From NCBI GenBank assembly GCA_965231105.1, contig OZ246417.1:576908-640907 (forward strand): a stretch of DNA of 64,000 bases, given 5' to 3'. This stretch comes from an uncultured Candidatus Saccharibacteria bacterium (GTDB lineage Bacteria; Patescibacteriota; Saccharimonadia; Saccharimonadales; JACDBH01). Below are positions 54,458-61,766 of the stretch, in pieces. Below the pieces are notes generated by a model that ran no database searches, had not been told where the DNA came from, and saw only the letters and a list, made by a program, of their open reading frames with translations. Each line of letters starts with the position of its first letter. Positions within the stretch are counted from its first letter, which is position 1. The translations under genes were made by a program, and so were the position numbers.

Positions 54458-54514
54458 TGGTTTATAAAAATCCCCAATCTGGTATACTCTGATCTGTTAA
54501 CCGCAATATTCTGC

Positions 54515-54590
54515 GGGGGTATAGCTCAGTGGTTAGAGCAGAGGACTCATAATCCTTTGGTCCTTGGTTCAAGTCCAAGTACCCCCACCA
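54515..54590 (+). tRNA. tRNA-Ile2-like (CAT, presumably lysidine-modified), CCA encoded
   Basis: GGGGGTA-TA-GCTC-AGTGGTTA-GAGC-A-GAGGA-CTCATAA-TCCTT-TGGTC-CTTGG-TTCAAGT-CCAAG-TACCCCC-A-CCA. The D arm, variable region and T arm closely resemble E. coli tRNA-Ile2 as I recall it. Confidence 0.8.
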
Positions 54591-54632
54591 ATATTTCGGC
54601 CTAGAATATCTAAGCGTGCTATTATTCAAGTA

Positions 54633-55352
54633 ATGTTCCCGATAATCGTTGTACTATTCCTCCTTTATAATGGCCTCGGGTTTATTGGTATCGCTCTGTT
54701 GGTTCTCTCGAGCACATTGTTAGTAAGAAGTCTTATTGATCACCGCCCCATCAAGCAATGGCATGTTATTTTACTCGCTCTTGGAATCGTGGCGCTATTT
54801 GGGCAGAATGCCATAGTTGGTCGTATTCGTACATCTGGAAATAAGTTTGATCAAAACATCATTTCGCGTACAGCATATGACATATACGTTCCGCAGAAAA
54901 CGATCGGCGGTTCAAAGGTAGATAGTATACGTGCCACAAGAAATGGAGATAGCGCAGGCTATGTCGTTGAATATACTGGCGAGCCCCTGATGTATCTTTA
55001 TGAAGATTCGGTCAAACATATGTCTACCTTTGGCCCAGCAATTCCCGGTCAGCTTTTTACATGCAATTTACCCAAAAACGGAATAGCCGATCCTGGCTGC
55101 AAGAAGATTGGGACAACCAAGAATGGGATTGATGTGTATGTTGATGCTGACCGGTATACGCCTGACAAAGAATCATTTTACGTTGCTTCTGCAATAATTG
55201 GACAGACACACGTTGGTCTTGAGGCTAGAGGCTATATAAAACCCGAGGACCTGTTAGCTTATTTTGAGGCACTGCAAAAAACTTCTCGCAGTGACCTGAA
55301 ATTCCGGAACGGCAACAATAACCTCCTTATCTTCCCCTATATTAGCTTCTAG
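54633..55352 (+). CDS. membrane-anchored hypothetical protein
   Basis: The track ORF starts inside the tRNA, so I moved it to the Met at 54633 (MFPIIVVLFLLYNG...). Two or three TMs and an extracytoplasmic domain. Confidence 0.5.
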   Translation: MFPIIVVLFLLYNGLGFIGIALLVLSSTLLVRSLIDHRPIKQWHVILLALGIVALFGQNAIVGRIRTSGNKFDQNIISRTAYDIYVPQKTIGGSKVDSIRATRNGDSAGYVVEYTGEPLMYLYEDSVKHMSTFGPAIPGQLFTCNLPKNGIADPGCKKIGTTKNGIDVYVDADRYTPDKESFYVASAIIGQTHVGLEARGYIKPEDLLAYFEALQKTSRSDLKFRNGNNNLLIFPYISF

Positions 55353-56026
55353 TTTTTGTTGCTCTTAGAGCGTTTAACTACGGTGCCATCTCGCTTCACA
55401 AGTTCCCATCCCAAAGAACATGGGCCTTCTGCTTCACATTGTGCGGCTGTAAAATCTTCCATTGGCTCATGAATTATTGCTCCGTACTTTGCTTTGAGTA
55501 GTTTTAGATACATTGCGCTTTTTCTACGTTGCCAAGTCCCCAGTACTTGCAAGCGATCTCTATCGGCAATAAGAAAACGTGCCGCAACCACGGCCGTCGC
55601 GGTGGTAAAGCCACTCTTAATAACATCCTCGCATACGATACCCATGTTTGAGCGCAGAGAGTAAAGCTTCATAAACTCTTCGTCACTGAAGCTAACCGTA
55701 TCGCCATCACTTCTTACTTTTCTAGTTTCTACATACTCCGCTCGTCGTCTACCGAGTTGCTCTGCTACCGGGCCAACCAGTCGATTAGTTCCGTGTGCAA
55801 CCCCTATAAGCACAAGCCTTCCATATTCTTGTTCGGGATACTTTTTGGATATTTCGGCTGCGGTAATATCTACCCACTGATCAAATAATTCAGAATCATC
55901 TGGAATACGATCAAAATCCAATTTTACCCCGTGGAATTCACCCACGAATTCGTGATGAACTCCTTCAGGATCTCGGATATTACCCTCTATAAGATTGTTA
56001 CGAAACACTTCAATCGGCTGTGACAC
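55349..56026 (-). CDS. type I phosphoribosyltransferase-family protein
   Basis: The PRPP-binding-loop-like GIVCEDVIKSGFTTATAV (hydrophobic-E-D-hydrophobic-x-S-G-x-T). GTG start. Confidence 0.6.
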   Translation of the reverse strand: MSQPIEVFRNNLIEGNIRDPEGVHHEFVGEFHGVKLDFDRIPDDSELFDQWVDITAAEISKKYPEQEYGRLVLIGVAHGTNRLVGPVAEQLGRRRAEYVETRKVRSDGDTVSFSDEEFMKLYSLRSNMGIVCEDVIKSGFTTATAVVAARFLIADRDRLQVLGTWQRRKSAMYLKLLKAKYGAIIHEPMEDFTAAQCEAEGPCSLGWELVKRDGTVVKRSKSNKN

Positions 56027-56101
56027 AATAGCGCTTTTGCTTACATTACCAGCACCTATTATGCCAGCTTTTTATTATCGGAACGTTGTATTTAATAGTA
56101 T

Positions 56102-56506
56102 CTATACGTTAGATCGACGACGACCCAAATCCAATAGCCCAATCAGCATCCAAGCAAGCAGCACATAGACAAGAGCAGCTACGAGCGTTTCAAATTCAAA
56201 TCGCGAAACCCCATATTGCGCTTGGTAATTAAAGAGCCCGAAGAATGGTGCAGCAAATGGCTGGCTGGTAGTGTAAATGAAGTCAGCAAATGCATTTGCT
56301 CGGTTTGCACCCAGTAAGGACAATACAAACCTAATTAGCAGCAGCCCTACAATGACTGAAGTAATGAAGTAAATGACCCTCGCAGCGACATTTACTCCTG
56401 GTTCTACGACTGGACTCGCATCATCTTCCGTTACGACTCGTGTATCTTTTTCGACGACCCCTTCCCCACGTGATAGGATCTCTCGTTTGTGTTGCATGAC
56501 TGCCAT
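56102..56506 (-). CDS. YggT-family membrane protein
   Basis: VIYFITSVIVGLLLIRFVLSLLGAN.....F.Y..S.PF..PF is typical of YggT/COG0762. Confidence 0.6.
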   Translation of the reverse strand: MAVMQHKREILSRGEGVVEKDTRVVTEDDASPVVEPGVNVAARVIYFITSVIVGLLLIRFVLSLLGANRANAFADFIYTTSQPFAAPFFGLFNYQAQYGVSRFEFETLVAALVYVLLAWMLIGLLDLGRRRSNV

Positions 56507-56524
56507 AGCGGTACACTCCTTCTA

Positions 56525-57793
56525 TTAGTGTACTTTCAGTGTAGACCCATTATTAAATAGTTCGCTGTAATAATTCTTATCACCCCAACGGAGCTCTTCG
56601 AGCACTGGTGGAAGCTGTATACGCTCAAATGTTATACAACCAGGATGTACTGAATTCCAAATAACTTGTCGCTTTTCTGCCACTGAGAGATCATCAAAAT
56701 CACGCCCACCAAACTGATCTATTTCTAAGCCCGTATTCAGAGCGTTATGCGCATAGCGAATTCCCGTAACCGTTTCGGTGAAGGTAATCGAATCATTGAC
56801 GACTGTACTTACTTGATCAACGTTGTCCGGAATATCATCCGTTACGCCGGTAACATAGTCTGGCTCATTACTCTCAGCCGTGTAGAGCTGTGCAAACCAG
56901 CGTTCGTTTGGCTGTGTAGGACTACTAGGATTCGCAGTGTGTGGGTCATTCGATACTGCAGTAATTTTATATGTACCGGCAGGAATTGACTCATTAAGTT
57001 GTATTGGCGGATCTGGCTGTTCAGGATATAGCGCATCCATAAGCGCATATGAAAGTAAGGACTCGTTGCCAGGGAACTTACAGACCGTAAAGGAAATAGG
57101 CACTGCTACACTGCTAATACTGTTGTTAGTGAGAGTGGCTGTACTGCTAAGCTGTGCATGCACCAGCGGACTAATGATTAGTCCTGAGATCATTATGAGA
57201 ACGAGGACCTTTGCAGAAAGAGCGAGCTTATTAGTATGCTCTTCACGTGGACGCTTGCCTATAAGCGCCATTCGCTTATTAGCTTGGTAAATTTGTTGGG
57301 AACGATAATGAGCGAGTAATCGTCGTACTTCAGAAATAATAATCATTAGAGAAGGAATATAGATTATAAGCAGTAGCCCGAGAGGCTTGCGAATAAAGTC
57401 AGCACCATAACCTACATACGGCACAGAATACCGCACTTTTCCTATGATTTGTGTTGCATCAAGCGCCGTATCGTTACTTTGATTTGCATCACCCTTGGTG
57501 ACAAATTTCTTAACTTCGTTTCCACTACCCAGTACTTGAACTATACGGTGCGTTACCGTGGAATTCTTATCTCGTGGATTAATGAATGTAACAATGTCCC
57601 CGGGTTGTAGTTTATCCGCAGGGACACGAGTTACGCTCACAAGATCACCCTTATTAAGCGCAGGCACCATACTACCACTTTGCACACTCAGCAAATGTCC
57701 GCCTTGTATGCGGGTTATGATTGCCAGTGCGCTTACGCCCACCAGAAAGGTTAGCGCAAGCGCGGCAAAGGATCGCTTAATAAAGCGTATCAT
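56525..57793 (-). CDS. SipW-type (archaeal/ER-type) signal peptidase I with a roughly 250-aa C-terminal extension
   Basis: N-terminal TM, catalytic Ser motif SGSMVPAL, VTHRIV (His), KGDAN and a C-terminal TM. A complete signal-peptide-like segment and an extra domain follow in the same ORF. Confidence 0.75.
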   Translation of the reverse strand: MIRFIKRSFAALALTFLVGVSALAIITRIQGGHLLSVQSGSMVPALNKGDLVSVTRVPADKLQPGDIVTFINPRDKNSTVTHRIVQVLGSGNEVKKFVTKGDANQSNDTALDATQIIGKVRYSVPYVGYGADFIRKPLGLLLIIYIPSLMIIISEVRRLLAHYRSQQIYQANKRMALIGKRPREEHTNKLALSAKVLVLIMISGLIISPLVHAQLSSTATLTNNSISSVAVPISFTVCKFPGNESLLSYALMDALYPEQPDPPIQLNESIPAGTYKITAVSNDPHTANPSSPTQPNERWFAQLYTAESNEPDYVTGVTDDIPDNVDQVSTVVNDSITFTETVTGIRYAHNALNTGLEIDQFGGRDFDDLSVAEKRQVIWNSVHPGCITFERIQLPPVLEELRWGDKNYYSELFNNGSTLKVH

Positions 57794-57804
57794 CTAATGA
57801 AAGC

Positions 57805-58422
57805 CTAATCTTCTACTACTGGTACCACTACTTCAGCTTCATTTGTACCGGTGAAGACGAGGTCGAAGTCGTTAATTTCGACTGGGCCACTGCCACTAAC
57901 CGCACCGGGTAAGAGTTGGACCTGAACATCGAAATTCTCCGTCTCTCCATCAGGAAGAGTAGCGGTAGGGCCACCTGAGCCAGGTACATTGTTAAATAAA
58001 GCTTCGAGTTGAGCTAAAGTGTACTCGGCTGATTCCTCTGGATTATTATTAGTGAACTTAACAACCACTTTAGACTTATCAAGTCCAGTACCAGTTACGG
58101 TTCCGACTGTTGCATATACAGTCACGTCAAGATCCACATTTCCTGTGTTTGAGAGAGAGAAGTGCTGCGGAGCACTGTAACCACCGCCAGGAACTAATCC
58201 AGTAAATGAAAAACCTGTGTCACTATTGTCAGTGTTAGCGCCCTCTACATCCGTATTGTCAATCACGAGACTGGCAGTTGCAGTTGTGATTTCGTTATCC
58301 GTTAAGGTCGCCGTACTGTTAAGCGCAGCAAATGTTACGCCTGTTGCTAACGCAACTACAGCACCAACAACCGTGACGGCACGTGCCACAGGATTAATTT
58401 TTCGTATTGCTAACATACCCAC
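57805..58422 (-). CDS. TasA/camelysin-like protein with a SipW-cognate-type signal peptide
   Basis: MGMLAIRK...VVALATGVTFAALNSTATLTDNEITTATASL follows the A-x-F/L-x-D/S...N-x-I/F-T pattern of SipW substrates. A beta-rich body follows. Directly upstream of the SipW-like gene. SD is AAGGGGGTG. Confidence 0.6.
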   Translation of the reverse strand: MGMLAIRKINPVARAVTVVGAVVALATGVTFAALNSTATLTDNEITTATASLVIDNTDVEGANTDNSDTGFSFTGLVPGGGYSAPQHFSLSNTGNVDLDVTVYATVGTVTGTGLDKSKVVVKFTNNNPEESAEYTLAQLEALFNNVPGSGGPTATLPDGETENFDVQVQLLPGAVSGSGPVEINDFDLVFTGTNEAEVVVPVVED

Positions 58423-58572
58423 CCCCTTAAATTATTTAATAACACTGTAGGCCTTAGTAAGCCTACCTATTCCACCCCTGCCCTCACAGCAGACATGTAC
58501 AAATACCATTGTATACCGCTTATGGCGCGTTTATGTTGTAAAAAGAGCAAATTTAATGTTCTGTTAATTTTC

Positions 58573-59904
58573 TTACATCGCTAGTTCTTGCGCGAAAGAG
58601 TAATCATAAAAACCTTCGGAATATCGATCCCAGTAATGGTGAGCTTCGTAACGAACGCTATTAGATGAATCGCTAATCCATGCACTTGGATGGTTCTTAG
58701 ACCATCGGGCTAAACTAGACCAATCATAACCGGCAACCATAACGAGCGTTCCATCACCTGCAGCACGCAATGCTGAAACAACTTTCTGCGAGGCAGCTTC
58801 CCAGTTTTTAGCCGCAGAGGGATAGCCACCGGTTGGCAAATCATGAGGTTCGTTCATAATGCCGTATGCTAATAAGCCAGGATGTCCCTTAAACGCCTGG
58901 CTCAACTTTACCCATACATCAACAAGTGATTCATGGGTTATGCCGGCACCAAGCTTTAGGACACCCCCAGCAGTCTTATACTCACCATAGTTATGCAGAT
59001 CTAACACTACCCGGATTCCATAGGCACTGGCCGAATCAAGAATTCTTCGTATTTCGGTAATCTCACTGTCTTTAAGCGCACCATTTAAAGAGGGTTGGAT
59101 GCGCTCCCAGCGGAATGGCAGGCGGACAATCTTAACACCACGCGCAGCAAGATAGGCAAAACTATCGCGTGGTTCATAGAAATAATCTCGGCCAGGCGTC
59201 CCAGGATTTGTGTTGGTTACACTATTGCCAAATTCCATTCCTGCAACATTCACACCATGAAGTTTATTGCTGCTCTTGAAAAACTTTTCCAAAATAGATG
59301 CTTGCGGGTGAGCTGTATCGAGGCTGCGTGGTCCACTCCCGTGCGCATAAATGGTGAGCTTATAACTACCCCACCAACTACCCGCTGCCCAGGCCGTAGT
59401 CCAGATATCATAGTTCTGTGCAGCTTGATACCAATGATCAGCAACGCTATTCCAACTACCGGCATCGTTGCCAGCCGGCCAGCCAAGCTCTCCTACAAAG
59501 CCCTTGGCACTATTCGCAGACAGCCACGAACCAAATGAGTTAAGTTCGTCTATGGCTTGCTGTTCAAGCGCATTACGAGAAACCGCAGTAGCTGTTGTAG
59601 AGGACGAACCATGACCTGGTTTCTTCACCAGCTCACTTGGCGATTCAACCACATGCTGTTCGGTTGCCGCAGTCTGTACCTCCGGCTGGGCGGTAGGTTC
59701 TGTGTTGGCATCTTCGGTCGCTTTTTTATGTTCATTGCGGGTAATAGAATATATTACTGTTCCCGCTACAAGCACACCACCTGCAGCTCCAAGCAGCATA
59801 GCCTGTTTACTTCTTGAAAGACTTTTCTTCGCTTTAAACCTGTCCTGTCCTGTTTTCTCTTTTATCACTTTGATCCAGTGTATAGACCGGTGACTGCCTG
59901 ACAT
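58573..59904 (-). CDS. membrane-anchored glycoside hydrolase family 5 protein
   Basis: GVNVAGMEFG, VVLDLHNY, GIMNEPH (acid/base Glu), and YEAHHYWD. N-terminal TM plus a low-complexity linker. Confidence 0.85.
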   Translation of the reverse strand: MSGSHRSIHWIKVIKEKTGQDRFKAKKSLSRSKQAMLLGAAGGVLVAGTVIYSITRNEHKKATEDANTEPTAQPEVQTAATEQHVVESPSELVKKPGHGSSSTTATAVSRNALEQQAIDELNSFGSWLSANSAKGFVGELGWPAGNDAGSWNSVADHWYQAAQNYDIWTTAWAAGSWWGSYKLTIYAHGSGPRSLDTAHPQASILEKFFKSSNKLHGVNVAGMEFGNSVTNTNPGTPGRDYFYEPRDSFAYLAARGVKIVRLPFRWERIQPSLNGALKDSEITEIRRILDSASAYGIRVVLDLHNYGEYKTAGGVLKLGAGITHESLVDVWVKLSQAFKGHPGLLAYGIMNEPHDLPTGGYPSAAKNWEAASQKVVSALRAAGDGTLVMVAGYDWSSLARWSKNHPSAWISDSSNSVRYEAHHYWDRYSEGFYDYSFAQELAM

Positions 59905-59907
59905 ACC

Positions 59908-61263
59908 CTACCCCTTTTCTGTAATGTCCTCTGCGATCATATGCGCAACCTTCTTACCATCACGCACTGCATAATTTGTACCCCGATCTTCAGGAAAAAT
60001 CTGTGAGAAATTCGCCATATAGAAACCTTCGAGTGGCGTTTTCATGTCTGGCAATTTATCCTCATACCCAATCCCTACTATATGCTGAGCGTTTTTAAAC
60101 TTAAAGACATACGACTCCTCTACATCTGATTCGCTAAAGTCTGGGAATAGCTTTTTAGCACCTTTAAACCAGCGCGCACGAATGGCATCGTCATCAAGAT
60201 TCATGAGCTCGCTATCATTTTGAGTGTAGTCACCGATGTAATACACATGATGACCATTTACCTTATCTGCCCCTACCAATGAATCAAGGCTTAAGAGCAC
60301 CAAGAACGGCGCACCTTCATCATGAATTTGATGCCAATAACGATCAGTAATTGGTTTTTTAGTCGTAAATACCATAACCACTGCGCCAAGGTAATCGATC
60401 GACGTCAGCTGATTTGCATATTCTTTGGTCATCTGCGGATGCTTTTCGCCTAGCTTTGCAAATGTACCGCTTGGTAGTGCAGCCAATACTGCATCATACA
60501 CGCGCGTCTTACCTTCTACTTCCAAAGCCGGCTTATCGTCCACATTGGTAAAGGCAGAAATTTTTGCATTGAGGTTAATTTTTACGTCGCGTTTTTTAAG
60601 CTCGGCAATCCACCGCTGCACCATAACTTGGAAACCACCGTCAAAATAACCAAGGCGTTCAGACTGCTCGCCCTTTTCTTTCGAAGTTTGGCGCACATGA
60701 ATGCGTGTCCATAGCCAGGCCATCGTAATCTTATCCCAATAGATATCAAATTTACCCACCAACAGCGGCTTCCAAATAAGATCCGTCGCTCGCTTACCGT
60801 TCCATTTGCACAGCCATTCGTAGGCTGTGACTTTGGTTAGTGGTTGCCACTTTTTGATAAAGAGCAAACGGACACCCGTTAGTCCAGTACGCAAGCGATC
60901 TATCATATTTAAGGGGCCAAAAGTTAAGAGATCCTTAGCAGTTGTGAACGGATACATCTTGCCCTTATAGAAAGCGCCGATTGAGCTGGGATGGAAATGA
61001 AGCTTATTAGCAATGCCCAGCTCTTTAGCCATATCAATCATATAGTTATCTGTTGTGTACAGAAAGTGATATGCCCGTTCAAGTGGCGTACCGTCTTTTA
61101 AGGCAAATCCTGAAGCGAGTCCGCCCAATACAGGGCCAGCTTCAAAGATTTCAACTTTGTATCCTTGTTTTGAAAGTTCATATGCAGCCGTTAACCCAGT
61201 CCAACCGCCACCTACAATTGCTACTGTTTGCTGTTTAGAGCCTGAGTTCTGCTTTGTTGCCAT
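59908..61263 (-). CDS. FAD/NAD(P)-binding oxidoreductase (amine-oxidase/phytoene-desaturase-like fold)
   Basis: The dinucleotide motif VAIVGGGWTGLTAAYEL...VEIFEAGPVLGGLA. Confidence 0.8.
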   Translation of the reverse strand: MATKQNSGSKQQTVAIVGGGWTGLTAAYELSKQGYKVEIFEAGPVLGGLASGFALKDGTPLERAYHFLYTTDNYMIDMAKELGIANKLHFHPSSIGAFYKGKMYPFTTAKDLLTFGPLNMIDRLRTGLTGVRLLFIKKWQPLTKVTAYEWLCKWNGKRATDLIWKPLLVGKFDIYWDKITMAWLWTRIHVRQTSKEKGEQSERLGYFDGGFQVMVQRWIAELKKRDVKINLNAKISAFTNVDDKPALEVEGKTRVYDAVLAALPSGTFAKLGEKHPQMTKEYANQLTSIDYLGAVVMVFTTKKPITDRYWHQIHDEGAPFLVLLSLDSLVGADKVNGHHVYYIGDYTQNDSELMNLDDDAIRARWFKGAKKLFPDFSESDVEESYVFKFKNAQHIVGIGYEDKLPDMKTPLEGFYMANFSQIFPEDRGTNYAVRDGKKVAHMIAEDITEKG

Positions 61264-61271
61264 AGTATTCC

Positions 61272-61754
61272 TTATATAACGCTTTCTAATGCACGGTCTT
61301 CATGATTTTTCTCCACCTTAAATGTAAACCGACTATTTAATGTAAACTGCACGATAAATACTACCGGTAAGGTAAGGTTCTTAACGAGCAGACTATTAAG
61401 TCCGATAATTTCACTCATCGTCCATAGCATGAATGAACTGATAAGAAATCCTGTGCAAGTCACCAGAATAAAGCTCACAAATCGCTTGAGAAGGCCATTA
61501 CGTGTACGGAAATTAAAGAAGGCATTCATAAGAAAGCTATATACCATTGCGAGTGCTATTGATATGCCATTATTTAGTATCACAGACATATGGGTTGCCT
61601 CGTCAATGATCCAGAAAGCTCCCACATCGATAATAACCGCAATACCGCCAATAATTCCGTAGAGAATTAGCTTCTCAAACCTATTAACTAACTTTACAAA
61701 TTTATCCGGTAAGAACGATGCCGGAATGCGATGTAATAGTTTTTCGCTCGCCAT
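61272..61754 (-). CDS. GtrA-family membrane protein
   Basis: 160 aa, four TMs, ...YGIIGGIAVIIDVGAFW... and ...LNSRFTF at the C-terminus. Confidence 0.75.
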   Translation of the reverse strand: MASEKLLHRIPASFLPDKFVKLVNRFEKLILYGIIGGIAVIIDVGAFWIIDEATHMSVILNNGISIALAMVYSFLMNAFFNFRTRNGLLKRFVSFILVTCTGFLISSFMLWTMSEIIGLNSLLVKNLTLPVVFIVQFTLNSRFTFKVEKNHEDRALESVI

Positions 61755-61766
61755 GTTTCCTCCTTA

